A stretch of 60,664 nucleotides of DNA from a virus. Its lineage: Duplodnaviria > Caudoviricetes. The DNA lies in the IMG/VR virus record IMGVR_UViG_3300021091_000080, positions 1-60,664 of that record. One strand, 5' to 3'. The notes beneath the pieces are model-generated. The model saw only the letters and a list, made by a program, of their open reading frames with translations, did no database searches and was not told the DNA's origin. The position numbers and the translations under genes are program-made. Of the stretch, positions 39,376 to 51,243 are shown piece by piece. How positions within the stretch are numbered: position 1 is the stretch's first letter; each line of letters opens with the position of its first letter.

Positions 39376-42300
39376 TTAGATAATCGCATGGGGAACAATT
39401 TCGGTTCCAATATTTAATGAGTTAGAACCTCTTACTACACTACAACCAGTAAACGATGTTTGTGTTTTTCCAGTATACTGAACTACACCACCATTTCCAG
39501 TAAATAAGTAACCACTAGATAAGAAGTTTGTGGTACTTTGAACGTTAATAGTTGTTGTAATATTTCCAGAACTTGCAGAAATAGCAACGGGCTCTTGAAT
39601 AGAAGGAATAGCTAAATTCCATCTCTCACCAGATAAAGTAATTGCAGAATTATCTCTTTCCGTAAAATCATTAAGAGTAATTGCTGGGTAAATTAATTCA
39701 ATATCTTGTAAACTCATTGAAGAAGAAGATGTAGATCCTGTCGAAATGAATGCGGAACTATCGAACATACCAATAGTATTACCAACATTACCTAATGAAT
39801 ATGAATAGAAAAAGTCATTAGAATAAGTAGATAGATTGATAGTAAATATTGATGTACCATTTCTTCTTACAACTTCAGTTCTATTGACTAATACAACTTG
39901 ATTTAAATTTCTCTGTAAAACAGATTCTGGCAATACTGTAGTTTCTTGATAATAATCAAGAACACCAGTCTTATAAAACTTAGTTACAACAAGTTGACTT
40001 TCTTGTACAGTTGTTACTACAGCATCTGACCAAATATTTGTTCTTGCAGAAACATAACTTGTAGAAATTACTTGTCCAGCAGTTGCAAATTCTTCAATTC
40101 TTCTGGTTATTTCTTCTTCGACTTTTACTATCTTTGCATCAGTTTGAATTGTAAATGAACCAACTACAGATGCATTAATACTTGATACTGAACTTAATTG
40201 CGTCTCTAAATGTATGTATTTTTCTAGTACTAGACCTAAGTAAAGGACATTTGCAAATCCAGAGAAAGAAGATGTAAATCTTAACTTCTCTCCCACAGTA
40301 GTAACTTCTCTAGTAATCTTAGTATCTACAAAAGTATCAACTTCTAACGTACTATTAATTGCTACGCTTAGATTTTCAATAGTAACTGATTTGACAGTAC
40401 TTACTGTAGAAGCGATTGTACTTGTAGATGCAGATATTACGGATACAGTTCTTACAGTTACTGTTGTCTGTACTTCAACTTCTGGTCCAACACTTGCAAA
40501 ACTTACAAATTCTGGTAAGGTTCTTAAGTATGTTCCAGCTGGATGATTTTGTATTGGAGAATTCGCATAACCTCTAACAAGATTTTCAAACTTGTTAAAT
40601 CCTTTATTGTAGTATGTAACTACTTCAGTACCTATCATTAATTTGCCATATGCGGCAAATCTAATGGTATTTGGAACGTATGCAATAGTATCAGAAATTC
40701 CAAGAGGAGAATCTAAGAAAGTTCCAATTTCATTTACAGATTCTCTTGGAACATATATGTGAGGTTCGTTAATTACTTTTTCTACACGTGCAGTAATTTC
40801 TCTATTAGTCTCATACTTAGTAAATTGAGAAATAGTTTCAACTCTTGGATCAATAATATTAGTAATAGAAGAAATAACATCTACAACAGAAACTGCCGCA
40901 ACGCCTGCAAATGCATTTGATGTTGTAATAATCTTTGTGGTAAATCCACGTTCTCCAGCATCAGCGGCCGCTGGTTCTATAATACTGGTAATAGTCTTTG
41001 AAGTATTCGCATTAACATTAATACCAAAAGTAATTAAACTGAATATACTCTGCGGAGCTTGTCCTGCACCAATGAATATTATTTGAGTTGGAGCAGAAAT
41101 TAAAGTAAAACCAACATTTGCATTTGGTTGTACACTTACATTAATAATACTAGTTGTTTTTCTAGAATATTCTTTTATTCTATTATATCCTCTAGTCACA
41201 ACAACTAACGGTGGTTGTGTATAACCACTTCCAGGATTTGTAATGACAATATCAATTACATCTCCCCCATATACTATTACTTGACCTTGTGCTCCTCCAC
41301 CATTTCCATCTTTTGGAATAAACTGAAGAGATGGAGTAGTAAAATATTGATATGCCGTAGGTTGCAATAAAATGTTTTCTTCAAAGTATAATTGAAGATC
41401 TCTTCTATTCCAATCAAGACCAACAACTTTTCCAGACGAATCTATTCTAGAAGTAACCGATAACCCCTCTCCTCTGGAAATATCATTATAACCAGTTGCA
41501 TTTACTTTTGCGTAAAAACTTGTAGATGGAGTTTGATAATCTATAAAGTTTTTAGATTTTGCATCATATGGAACAGATTTAATTTCTCTAAATGATTTTT
41601 CTCCATCTATTTGAACTTTATCACCTGGAAGAAGTTTGGCAAAAGATTTAGACGTTTGTATCCAATTAGATAATGACTGAGAAGATCCATAGTGAGATCT
41701 TGTAGAAACTCTACTTACAATTCTGTTACCTTCATTATCTAATTTAAAAGTTAAATTAGTTGTAGATCCAGAAATTTCAAATTCATGTGATTGTAAAGTT
41801 TCATTTGTAGTAAATTTAATCGACTGTGAAGGATTATATACAGCATTATTTCCTATTAAATTAATAGTCCAACTATTAGATGAAATTTTATTAATTCCAA
41901 CTAAAGTTCCTAATAATCCACTGTTTTGAAAAACATAAATGTGTGAATACAAATTATTTCTATACCAATTATTAAAATTGCTATACGAATTTGCAAGATT
42001 AATAGTTAATAACATTTCATTATAATACGTATCTGGTTCAAAATTGTGGAAAGTTAAAACACTAGGAATAGATCTTCCATATAAAAGTATAATATTAACT
42101 TTTTGATACGTTGCTTCTCCGCTTTCATTAATATTATAAGTCAGTGGTTTTCTAAACCTTATGACAGCACCATTAATAGTATAAGATTCATTTTCTACCT
42201 GCAAAACGCCATCTACAAATACAAGAGCATATTTTGGATTATCAATATTGTAAACTTTACCTGTATTTGCATCTTTTATTAAATATGGTCCACCTTCTAA

Positions 42301-45300
42301 ATATTGACTTAATCCAACATCTATAGTTAATCTTATATAAGATCCAACAGAGAATAGAAAAGATTTTTCTACTCCTGATAAATCGTCTGGAATTTGACCA
42401 CGATAATAATCATCATGATTAATTGGAGGAGTTGAAAAATCTATTTTATCTGGAGTGCTTGGATTAGAAGATCTAATAATTCTATAAGAATAATTTGCTT
42501 CTAATCCATCAGGTAAACCTTGAATATTACCTTCGTCATTAAATTTAAAAATTTCATTCTTTGATTTTTGAACAACACCATTTAAACATACTATTAAATT
42601 CTCGTCCAAATCCGTTTTTACAAGATCTCCATTTTCATAGTAAAGATTAAATTCTTTTGTGATACCATCAAAATTAGGTGAAAGGGATTTTAACTTTCTA
42701 AAATATCTAGAGTTAAGCGCAGTATTTTTAAAATTTATAGTTCTACAATAAAACTTTTGTCCCGAGAGAGGAGGTTCGTAAAAAGTAATTTGAGAACCAG
42801 AAAGAACAAAAGATTCTCCAGGTTCTTGCAAAATGCCATCTAAAGTAATAATTAATTGATTTTGATTTGCTGGGGTGTATACAGTTCCTGAAGAAGATTC
42901 GATTAAATTAAATGATCTTGTTCCAATTCTTTGTCCTGTAGTTGAACTATATGATCCATTAAAAACAGAATTTAATTTCAATTCATATACTAATGTCTCG
43001 GAAGAATTAAATGTATCTACTACTACAGATCCATATCCTCTTTCGACATTTAAATTATTTTGATTTAATATTGTTTGAGTAATCTGTCTCTTTGTATCAA
43101 CAACTGTTATTTGTTGAGGAGACAGATTTAATATAGTAATGCTTTTTGTTGGAGTTTGATTTTGTGGCATTCTAGTAACGCCACTAGATTCAACAATTAC
43201 TTCACCAAATACATTAAATCCAGCTGGGTGAACCGTTTCTTTGATTAAATCTTTCCAAATAGCAATTGGAGTTTTAGATTTAATCACATAAGAAAAATCT
43301 TGATAGAAAGAAGAATCTGTTAGTCTTTGAGAATTAATACCAATTTTTCCTTTATCTGACGTATAATATCCGTAGTTGTCAAAATACGTTTTAATATCAG
43401 AATTAAATTGACTGTAAATAACACTAATAATATCTCCAGAATTTCTATTAGTCTCTGTTCTAATTCTTAAATTTTTATCTACAATGCCAGTAGTCTTTTC
43501 AATTCTAAGAATATTTGATCCTGGCCTCCATCCGTCTTTTGATACATATCCACTAAAAACTTGAATGCCATTTAGAACTTGTATTATTTTTTCACCAGGG
43601 AAAAAATAATCATTCGTAGTATTTTTTAATAATAAAACATAATGTGATCTATAAGATGATAGGTTTGTCTTATCGGCATTAAAGTTGTACCCATTTTCAA
43701 TTAATGAAATTACTTTTGGAGTGCCAATATCTTTAGAAGATGCAAATACTTTTACATTAGTTTCAATTACCTTTAGAGTTGGAGCAGATGTAAATCCAGA
43801 TCCTTTATTAGTAACAAGAACTCTATTAATAATTCCCGATGTTAAAAAGACCTCGCACTCTAAATTAATTCCATCTCCAGTTTCTACAACAACTTTTGGT
43901 TTAGAATAACCAGAACCACCATTAACAACTGTTACTGAAAATACATTTCTATTAACAGAGTCATAATTTGCAATAAGTTTAGCAGCAAAAGAAGAGTGAA
44001 CTTCAACACCTTCTATAATTGGCAACTTCTTGTAACTTTCTCCTGTATTTTCTACTGATACAGAATTAATTTCACCAACTGCAAATTTAGACGTGGTTGT
44101 ATAAGTTATTGATCCACTTCCATCATACTGAGGTCTTGTAGTGTATGGATATACAAATCTTGTTGGAGTTACATATGTAATTCTTTTTAGACCTTGTAGT
44201 GGATCTTCTATTAAATTTAAATACGATCCATTTGTTTGAACTGCATCATTCTTATCATAATAATAATATCTAATATACTTAGTATCAACTTTATATCCGT
44301 CTTTAACACCAAATTTTACAGTAGTAAATGATCCAGAGGATCCTGGAGCAATAGAATTTCTAATTGCTTCCACAGTTATAATATTTTTTCTTATACTTGG
44401 AGAAAACTCAAGAAATGTACCAATCATTGATGAATGACTAGTATCAAATTTATACTGATAGTATTTTTGAACATCAATAACTGGATTTATATTAAATGTA
44501 GTTCCATTCTTTGAAAACTCAAATTTATTTTCTGGAGAAGTAACTGAAGAAATTTTTACAAGTTTTCTTGGAACACTGGTATCAAAGAATGTGTTACTAA
44601 CATCTAATTCATTAGGAGAATTTATTCCATATCCATAATTTAAAATTAATTCTTGAGTATCTTCATTATACGAATGAACATATGGATCATTAGATGTGCT
44701 ACCTACTGGTTGTGTTCCGATAATAAAGTTATATTTTGTTTTTTCTAAAGTTACAAGATTTTTATTATAGTAATTATCTGGTCTTGTAGAATTATAACCT
44801 CTAACAACTGTAACACTTTTTTCAGTTTCATTTACAGAGGAAACAAGTAGTAATTCATTTGAAACTCGTAAAATATCTCCTTGTGATATTCCAACAACAT
44901 TATCTAATTTAAATAATGTATTTGCTGAGGAAATACCAACATGAACCACTTCTAATAAAAGTCTTTGAGTAGAAGTGCTTGCCACTAAACGATTAAGAGA
45001 TGCATCAGATACTGTAAGTATATCTCCTCTCTTGTATCCTGATCCTTTATTTGTAATTACTACACTAGTGACTGCTCCATACCCCGTTGCCCCTATGTTA
45101 CTTACCGTAATAGTTGCTCTAGCATTACCAGAGTCTCCAGCAGCACCAATTCCATTTCTTCTTAGTGATTGATTTTGAAAGATCAGTTCTATATTAGAAT
45201 AAACATTAGTTTGATAGTCAATCCCAGAATTTAATGTCGATACTCTACCAGCACCAGTATCATTTATTACTACTTCTATTTGCTGTTTTTGAAGAATTAC

Positions 45301-48300
45301 AGATTGATAATTTCTTTTTCTTACCTGATATGTTGTTTCTGTGGTAGCAGAATTTGGCAAGATATCAATATTAACATCATCGCCAATAGTTATGTTGTGT
45401 GGTGTTGATGTTGTAACTAAAGCAATATTTTCATTGATGCTGCTAATACTTAAATTATTACTTAAAGAAGTAGTGCTTAAAAACTTTATTCCAGTGCTAT
45501 CATTTAAATTATCGCTTCTTAAAGTATAATTTGGAGGGATAGCAGGAGATGGAGGTGGAGATGGGTATACAAAATTTCCACTTGTTACACGAACCTTTAA
45601 CGAATTTTGATTTACAATTGATTCTAGTATAACACCAGATGCTACTGGAGAATTGACACCATCTGTTAAAATAATATTTGCCCCCTTTGTAAATGTAGCA
45701 TTATTATCCAACAACATTACAATTACAGAAGTATTTGAGTTTATTAAATTTGTAGTATTAAATGTTCCAGAAACATTTCTCAAAACAATTTTTTTATCAC
45801 TGAAAACATCACCAATTATTCTTCCTGTAGCACCAGTAGATGCTTGCGTGATAGTATCTCCAGCAAATAGATATGCAGTGTTTGTTGTCGATAGTTCCAA
45901 ACACTTTGTTTGCAATGCTTCAATTGATGTAACTTGCTTTCCTTTTACTGATCTTACTTTTGCTGCAAGACCAAATCCAGATGTTTGATTATTATTAATG
46001 TATAGATCTGCATCTACAAAAGCAGTATTTCTTGAAGATTCTACAGTAATTTCAGAAACAGAACCAGAATTTACTTGTTCAATCTGTGCTATAACTCCAT
46101 CTCCGTTTCTTTCTGTAATTGCAGAATTTAGAACCTTAGAATTTGAAGGAAGATCATCTTGAGAAATAATAGAATTATAATTAGAATCTACTGGCAATGA
46201 ATAAAAACGCTCTCCTAAAATATAAGGGAATTGTGGCGTTTGTGCAGCATTAAAAGTTAAGAAGTATGCATATGTTCCATTTGGATATTCTGGAGTAACG
46301 CAATATCTACCATTATTCCTATCTAAGATTGTACCACCAGAATTTACATTTGCAATCCATTCATAATCATCCACAAAAGTACCTAAGGGATACGTTGTTG
46401 TGCTGGGACCATTTGTACGAGTTGATTTTAATGAATATCCACTGGATAATCTAACTATAGAAGAAGAACTGTTAAGTGGATTTGAATATGCGTATGGTCC
46501 ATAAATTGGGTTGCCATCATAAGCAAATCCTATAATAGGTGAGTGCGTTAAAGAAACACTTTCGTTAAAAGTTGATGTAATATTATCAGAAATTCTATAT
46601 CTCAATCTTTTAGGATTTGCAATTACACCATATCCATAATCTTTATCAACTCTACCAATAGACGCAAAAGATTCAAACAAATATCCATTATTTGAATCTA
46701 TTTGAGCAGAGTACTTAGAATATCTGTTTCTATACCATTTTCTTAATTCTGCTGTAGATACGGCAGGACTAGATTTTGCATTTTCTATAATTTCAACTCT
46801 AACGTTTTCTTGAGTATAAAACTTACCTTCATTAATCTTATCAAATCCTGTTATTTTACCGTTGGAAACAATTGCATTAAATTCTGCAAATCTTCCTTTT
46901 CCTGCAAGATCAGATATTATAATAGCAGGAGGTGCAGAATAATACTCTCCAGGATTATCAATTCTCAAACTAGTAATTCTTCCAGAAGTAACAATAGCTG
47001 TTATTTGAGCATTTCTTCCAGCAGTAATAGTGATAGTAGGTACATCAGTAAAAATTTCTTCAGTTTCTATATTAATCTTTTCAACAACTTCTCCAGACAA
47101 AACCGCACTTGCTTTTCCTGGTTGATTATTAATTAATACATAGGGAGGAAATTTATAACCATCTCCCTTTGATGCAATTTTAATATTTGTAATTTTTCCA
47201 TAATTTACGTACTCTGGATCTTTTGAAGAAAATGCAAGAGTTCCATCTACAAAAATACCTACATCTCTTGTTCCAGTTTCGTATACTTCAGTAGTTGTAG
47301 TTGGTTGTTTTCTAATAATCTTGAGAACTTTTAAATCTTCTGGAGTTAAAGTAACACCTGCATTTAAAATATTTGTAGATGGATAACTAGAAGAACAAAT
47401 ATAGTAGTACTGATCGTCTTCATATACACCAGAGACATCAGCATTTATTTCTGATAAAGCAGAAGTAATTGTCGGATTTAGTGAAGAAGTAGGTCTTGCA
47501 TTATTTTCATTTATAAACCATCTTGTTTTGTTGTTTAATCTATCATAAATGATTGGATCTAGAGTAGAAAATCCAGGAGATGTAATTTGAACAAGATCTC
47601 CTTCTTGTGAATATGGAGCAGGATTTTCAATATTAAAATTATACAGAACTCCTAAAACAAGAAGATTTACATTTTCAAAATTAACCGTGGAAAAACTATA
47701 AACGTCAGATCCAGTATTATGAGAAGTATTGCTTCCTCTTCTTTCAATAATAAATTGATTTACAGTTTTATTGCCAAAATAAATTTGCTCATTATTAACT
47801 AAAAGTCTTCCTTGTTTTCTCCAACCAAGAGTTGATACTACATCAATTCTGTTTCCTAAAGTATCACTACCTGAAATTGGAGTTGTTAGTTTTGTTTTAG
47901 ATGCAATTTCAAATGATCCATTAATCGAAGAAGGATCTAGAATAATTTCGTAAATATCACCACCAACCCCGCCTCTAGGAATAATATTATCGACAATAGC
48001 AGAAGCAAAAAGAACATCTGGTTTTGTTGGATCTAAATCTTGAACAATTCTTTCTCCAATCAAATTTGCAGGATTGCCAGATAAAATTTTAACTTTTAAT
48101 GAATATGTTGTTTGCCAATCAGATACAGAAGATTTTAAAGTAAAATCTTTTGGATTATAAACTTCTGGAACGTCTCCAGGTTCTTTTGCAATTATAGAAT
48201 TGAAGATAAATTTAATAGAATTGGATGTTCCCTTTGCTTTATAAAAATCTCCAATATTTTTAATTAAAGTTCTTTTATTAATTTCTCCTTTTAAGTACTT

Positions 48301-48825
48301 TTCAGGAATGCCAGATAAGTATTGAGTTTCAAAGTTTTTAATTAACGCATACAAAAATAAATTGCTAACATTATATATTTTAGCATTAGCAAGATGTGCG
48401 TTTGCTTGAGTAGTTACAAAAACACTATCAGTGTAAAGATCACCCAAAATAGTGTTGCCACTAACCCCTCTAGATACTTCTAAAAATTGAGTATCAGTTC
48501 TCTCTTTATAGAAACAGATTTCATCATCAATTTTAAAATAACCATTTTTCTTTGGAAAAGAAGACGCATCAGATACTGCAATTGTAGTTGCAGTATTTGT
48601 AATATTTGAACTTAAAATAGTAAACTGATTAAGTAAGTTCTTCTCATAAAAATCAATATCACGATACTTTGTAATATTATTGATAATATCAAGTGGACCA
48701 CCCTGAGATTCTAAGTGTTCGTAGTATTTTTCTACGAACAAAGAAAAATTTTCGTACTCGCTACTTATAAACCCTGGTAATTGACTTTCGATCAGGGCAG
48801 AAATTTTTCTGTTCTTCGTAGGCAT
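39376..48825 (-). CDS. gp7: Baseplate wedge initiator (giant cyanophage form)
   Basis: IESQLPGFI, FYKAKGT and YQDFSYVIKS...VHPAGF motifs; lies between gp6 and gp8. Confidence 0.9.
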   Translation of the reverse strand: MPTKNRKISALIESQLPGFISSEYENFSLFVEKYYEHLESQGGPLDIINNITKYRDIDFYEKNLLNQFTILSSNITNTATTIAVSDASSFPKKNGYFKIDDEICFYKERTDTQFLEVSRGVSGNTILGDLYTDSVFVTTQANAHLANAKIYNVSNLFLYALIKNFETQYLSGIPEKYLKGEINKRTLIKNIGDFYKAKGTSNSIKFIFNSIIAKEPGDVPEVYNPKDFTLKSSVSDWQTTYSLKVKILSGNPANLIGERIVQDLDPTKPDVLFASAIVDNIIPRGGVGGDIYEIILDPSSINGSFEIASKTKLTTPISGSDTLGNRIDVVSTLGWRKQGRLLVNNEQIYFGNKTVNQFIIERRGSNTSHNTGSDVYSFSTVNFENVNLLVLGVLYNFNIENPAPYSQEGDLVQITSPGFSTLDPIIYDRLNNKTRWFINENNARPTSSLNPTITSALSEINADVSGVYEDDQYYYICSSSYPSTNILNAGVTLTPEDLKVLKIIRKQPTTTTEVYETGTRDVGIFVDGTLAFSSKDPEYVNYGKITNIKIASKGDGYKFPPYVLINNQPGKASAVLSGEVVEKINIETEEIFTDVPTITITAGRNAQITAIVTSGRITSLRIDNPGEYYSAPPAIIISDLAGKGRFAEFNAIVSNGKITGFDKINEGKFYTQENVRVEIIENAKSSPAVSTAELRKWYRNRYSKYSAQIDSNNGYLFESFASIGRVDKDYGYGVIANPKRLRYRISDNITSTFNESVSLTHSPIIGFAYDGNPIYGPYAYSNPLNSSSSIVRLSSGYSLKSTRTNGPSTTTYPLGTFVDDYEWIANVNSGGTILDRNNGRYCVTPEYPNGTYAYFLTFNAAQTPQFPYILGERFYSLPVDSNYNSIISQDDLPSNSKVLNSAITERNGDGVIAQIEQVNSGSVSEITVESSRNTAFVDADLYINNNQTSGFGLAAKVRSVKGKQVTSIEALQTKCLELSTTNTAYLFAGDTITQASTGATGRIIGDVFSDKKIVLRNVSGTFNTTNLINSNTSVIVMLLDNNATFTKGANIILTDGVNSPVASGVILESIVNQNSLKVRVTSGNFVYPSPPPSPAIPPNYTLRSDNLNDSTGIKFLSTTSLSNNLSISSINENIALVTTSTPHNITIGDDVNIDILPNSATTETTYQVRKRNYQSVILQKQQIEVVINDTGAGRVSTLNSGIDYQTNVYSNIELIFQNQSLRRNGIGAAGDSGNARATITVSNIGATGYGAVTSVVITNKGSGYKRGDILTVSDASLNRLVASTSTQRLLLEVVHVGISSANTLFKLDNVVGISQGDILRVSNELLLVSSVNETEKSVTVVRGYNSTRPDNYYNKNLVTLEKTKYNFIIGTQPVGSTSNDPYVHSYNEDTQELILNYGYGINSPNELDVSNTFFDTSVPRKLVKISSVTSPENKFEFSKNGTTFNINPVIDVQKYYQYKFDTSHSSMIGTFLEFSPSIRKNIITVEAIRNSIAPGSSGSFTTVKFGVKDGYKVDTKYIRYYYYDKNDAVQTNGSYLNLIEDPLQGLKRITYVTPTRFVYPYTTRPQYDGSGSITYTTTSKFAVGEINSVSVENTGESYKKLPIIEGVEVHSSFAAKLIANYDSVNRNVFSVTVVNGGSGYSKPKVVVETGDGINLECEVFLTSGIINRVLVTNKGSGFTSAPTLKVIETNVKVFASSKDIGTPKVISLIENGYNFNADKTNLSSYRSHYVLLLKNTTNDYFFPGEKIIQVLNGIQVFSGYVSKDGWRPGSNILRIEKTTGIVDKNLRIRTETNRNSGDIISVIYSQFNSDIKTYFDNYGYYTSDKGKIGINSQRLTDSSFYQDFSYVIKSKTPIAIWKDLIKETVHPAGFNVFGEVIVESSGVTRMPQNQTPTKSITILNLSPQQITVVDTKRQITQTILNQNNLNVERGYGSVVVDTFNSSETLVYELKLNSVFNGSYSSTTGQRIGTRSFNLIESSSGTVYTPANQNQLIITLDGILQEPGESFVLSGSQITFYEPPLSGQKFYCRTINFKNTALNSRYFRKLKSLSPNFDGITKEFNLYYENGDLVKTDLDENLIVCLNGVVQKSKNEIFKFNDEGNIQGLPDGLEANYSYRIIRSSNPSTPDKIDFSTPPINHDDYYRGQIPDDLSGVEKSFLFSVGSYIRLTIDVGLSQYLEGGPYLIKDANTGKVYNIDNPKYALVFVDGVLQVENESYTINGAVIRFRKPLTYNINESGEATYQKVNIILLYGRSIPSVLTFHNFEPDTYYNEMLLTINLANSYSNFNNWYRNNLYSHIYVFQNSGLLGTLVGINKISSNSWTINLIGNNAVYNPSQSIKFTTNETLQSHEFEISGSTTNLTFKLDNEGNRIVSRVSTRSHYGSSQSLSNWIQTSKSFAKLLPGDKVQIDGEKSFREIKSVPYDAKSKNFIDYQTPSTSFYAKVNATGYNDISRGEGLSVTSRIDSSGKVVGLDWNRRDLQLYFEENILLQPTAYQYFTTPSLQFIPKDGNGGGAQGQVIVYGGDVIDIVITNPGSGYTQPPLVVVTRGYNRIKEYSRKTTSIINVSVQPNANVGFTLISAPTQIIFIGAGQAPQSIFSLITFGINVNANTSKTITSIIEPAAADAGERGFTTKIITTSNAFAGVAAVSVVDVISSITNIIDPRVETISQFTKYETNREITARVEKVINEPHIYVPRESVNEIGTFLDSPLGISDTIAYVPNTIRFAAYGKLMIGTEVVTYYNKGFNKFENLVRGYANSPIQNHPAGTYLRTLPEFVSFASVGPEVEVQTTVTVRTVSVISASTSTIASTVSTVKSVTIENLSVAINSTLEVDTFVDTKITREVTTVGEKLRFTSSFSGFANVLYLGLVLEKYIHLETQLSSVSSINASVVGSFTIQTDAKIVKVEEEITRRIEEFATAGQVISTSYVSARTNIWSDAVVTTVQESQLVVTKFYKTGVLDYYQETTVLPESVLQRNLNQVVLVNRTEVVRRNGTSIFTINLSTYSNDFFYSYSLGNVGNTIGMFDSSAFISTGSTSSSSMSLQDIELIYPAITLNDFTERDNSAITLSGERWNLAIPSIQEPVAISASSGNITTTINVQSTTNFLSSGYLFTGNGGVVQYTGKTQTSFTGCSVVRGSNSLNIGTEIVPHAII

Positions 48826-48830
48826 CTAGA

Positions 48831-50630
48831 TTACTCTTGGTATGCGGAAAACTTACTATTTTGAATATCTACATCTAGATAAACTTCTCTAGATGCAGCA
48901 ATATCATTCTTTAATGGTTTTACTCTCACTTCAATTCTATTATCATAAAAACTACCTTTGATGATAGTTAGATCATATAACTTAGTCTCGCCTGTCTCAT
49001 AATTAATATCACCAACAAAATCATCAAGAACTATTTTTTCTCCTGATGATGGATCTAATGTATATAGAACAATTTTATTGTTCCTATCTTCAAGATATAC
49101 AATAGAATCTGGGAATTCTAAAACTGTAAAACCACTAGAACTTAAAGTTGAACCATCGCACTCTTTATCAAAAGCGTTTTGATAACAAAGTTCATAATAG
49201 TATGTTGAATTAATAGCAGGATAAAAATCTTTCCTCATCATTACAGTAGTCTCATTAGAATTAATTGATCTATCTACTTCATCAATTACTCCAACAAATT
49301 TACTATATCTAAATTTTCCATTAAATTTTTCGGTATCAGAAGAAGCAATGTATTTTTCAACTCCAGTAATTACCTTATTTCTTATGGCAACAGGAGATTC
49401 TGTAGTTAAAGATGAATTGTAGAAAATTTTTGATGTAAGTTCAACATAAAGAATTGAAGGATTAACGATCTCAAGAGTAACTGATCCAACCATATATGGT
49501 TTAAGTTCATCACGTATTTTTGCTTTTGTTATTGACGATAAACTAGATGCATTAGTAGGTTTGATGGCAATCTTAACTTTGCCATATTCTGGCGGAACTG
49601 CCTCTTCTCCACCAAACACAATAATGTCTGCTACTGCTGGATATACATTTCTAACAATTGCTTCAAAATCAGCAGCATTTACTGCTCTATTCTGTGCTCC
49701 AAATACTCTAGGCGCATTCTTTTTAATTCTATTAATATTTTCTATATTTTCTCCACCTGCAGCAATAGAATTCACTCTAATATTTGATGCAACAATAGTA
49801 TAAGAACTATTTCCAAGTTCATCTTCTAATACACCAGCAAAAGTAAATGTTCTTGCTCCATTACTATCTGGACCATTTGTTACAAGATATGATACTTCTA
49901 CATATTCATTATTTTGTAATTTTCTACCAATAATACTATCACCAAAGAATATTTCATATCTCTCATCTTCAATTTCTTCTACAAAGAAAACTTTTGAGTT
50001 TGGACCAGCACTTAAGATATTTGTAGATAGTTGATATGTTTCATAGTTTGTAGATGCAACAGAAGGATAAACCTTAACTCTAATTGTATTAACATCAACT
50101 CCACTATTTTCCAGTACAAATCTCTGTGATTGAAGTCCTGTATTTACAGTAAAGAAATTTGTGATTACAGTTCCTTCGTAGACATTTACATTTAAAGTAG
50201 TTGTACTAGAATTTACGATCGCTTTCTGATCATTTATTACAACATATTGATATAAGTTATTATCAAATTGACTTACAAATCCAGTTCCTCTTTTCAAGTA
50301 AATTGTACTAGGTGCTGTTCCGCCAGTAAATGTGATATCTACACTAATATTTGCAATCGGCGCAGTTTTTGATTTTGGTCTGTATCCTAATTGTTTTGCG
50401 ATTGCTACTACGTTATCTCTCAATGAAGCAGAATCTAAAAACAGTTCATTTACCACCATATTGGTGTTAAATGCTGTGTAATAAGTATTGTATGCTAATA
50501 CATCTAGTAAAGAACTCCATGCCGATCCCTCAAAGTCAAAATCGGTAAATTCGTTCTGTGCCCTTAGATATTCTCTAAGAGCAATCTTAATGTCTTCAAA
50601 GTCTAGATTTTGTAACTGAGCGTATGGCAT
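48831..50630 (-). CDS. gp6: Baseplate wedge subunit
   Basis: LDFEDIK, DFDFEGS..LLDVLAYNTYY, AQNRAV...D and GGEE..PPEYGKV motifs. Confidence 0.95.
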   Translation of the reverse strand: MPYAQLQNLDFEDIKIALREYLRAQNEFTDFDFEGSAWSSLLDVLAYNTYYTAFNTNMVVNELFLDSASLRDNVVAIAKQLGYRPKSKTAPIANISVDITFTGGTAPSTIYLKRGTGFVSQFDNNLYQYVVINDQKAIVNSSTTTLNVNVYEGTVITNFFTVNTGLQSQRFVLENSGVDVNTIRVKVYPSVASTNYETYQLSTNILSAGPNSKVFFVEEIEDERYEIFFGDSIIGRKLQNNEYVEVSYLVTNGPDSNGARTFTFAGVLEDELGNSSYTIVASNIRVNSIAAGGENIENINRIKKNAPRVFGAQNRAVNAADFEAIVRNVYPAVADIIVFGGEEAVPPEYGKVKIAIKPTNASSLSSITKAKIRDELKPYMVGSVTLEIVNPSILYVELTSKIFYNSSLTTESPVAIRNKVITGVEKYIASSDTEKFNGKFRYSKFVGVIDEVDRSINSNETTVMMRKDFYPAINSTYYYELCYQNAFDKECDGSTLSSSGFTVLEFPDSIVYLEDRNNKIVLYTLDPSSGEKIVLDDFVGDINYETGETKLYDLTIIKGSFYDNRIEVRVKPLKNDIAASREVYLDVDIQNSKFSAYQE

Positions 50631-51022
50631 TATCGGGATCCCTCTAGAAAGAAGTTGATATTTACTGGTCTGTCTTCTCTGCCAATGATTTCAAAAACGA
50701 TTTCAACTTCAAATCCATTATTTACTTCATCAGGAAGTGCATCTACATCAGTAACTCTAATACGAGGTTCGTATCTTCCGAGAACTGTTCTTATCTCATT
50801 TTGAAGTAAAGATGCAGTACCGTAATCTAAAGGTTCAAAAAGTAATCTGGGAATATCACTACCAATACCAGAATTAAAAAATCTTTCTCCTTTGTTTGTC
50901 AATAGCAAATTAACCACAGCCTGTTTGATGGCAGCTTCATCCTTGATTGTGATCAAGTCGCCAGTAACAGGATGTGGTTTAAATGTAACGCTTAAATCTT
51001 TAAACGTCCTGAACGTAGGCAT
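50630..51022 (-). CDS. gp25: Baseplate wedge subunit (GPW/gp25 family)
   Basis: FKDLS..F..HPVT.D, NLLLTNKGERFF and YEPRI; late promoter at 51046-51053. Confidence 0.95.
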   Translation of the reverse strand: MPTFRTFKDLSVTFKPHPVTGDLITIKDEAAIKQAVVNLLLTNKGERFFNSGIGSDIPRLLFEPLDYGTASLLQNEIRTVLGRYEPRIRVTDVDALPDEVNNGFEVEIVFEIIGREDRPVNINFFLEGSR

Positions 51023-51057
51023 TAGTGAAAGACAATATTATTACTTATTTATTGTCG

Positions 51058-51243
51058 TTACTCATGCCATCTTTCAACAAAATCATCAAAACCTCCTTTG
51101 CCACCACAAGGTCTAGAATACCTATTATCTGGAGGAGTATTTGGTTTTTGTTTTTCTATAGGTACATAATCGGTAATTAATCGTTTAGTGCCCCAATTTT
51201 CGTACATATATTTCGCATTTCGATCTACTTGGTACTTTGCCAT
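51058..51243 (-). CDS. Hypothetical protein
   Basis: WGTKRLITDY motif; GGA RBS inside an upstream hairpin. Confidence 0.75.
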   Translation of the reverse strand: MAKYQVDRNAKYMYENWGTKRLITDYVPIEKQKPNTPPDNRYSRPCGGKGGFDDFVERWHE

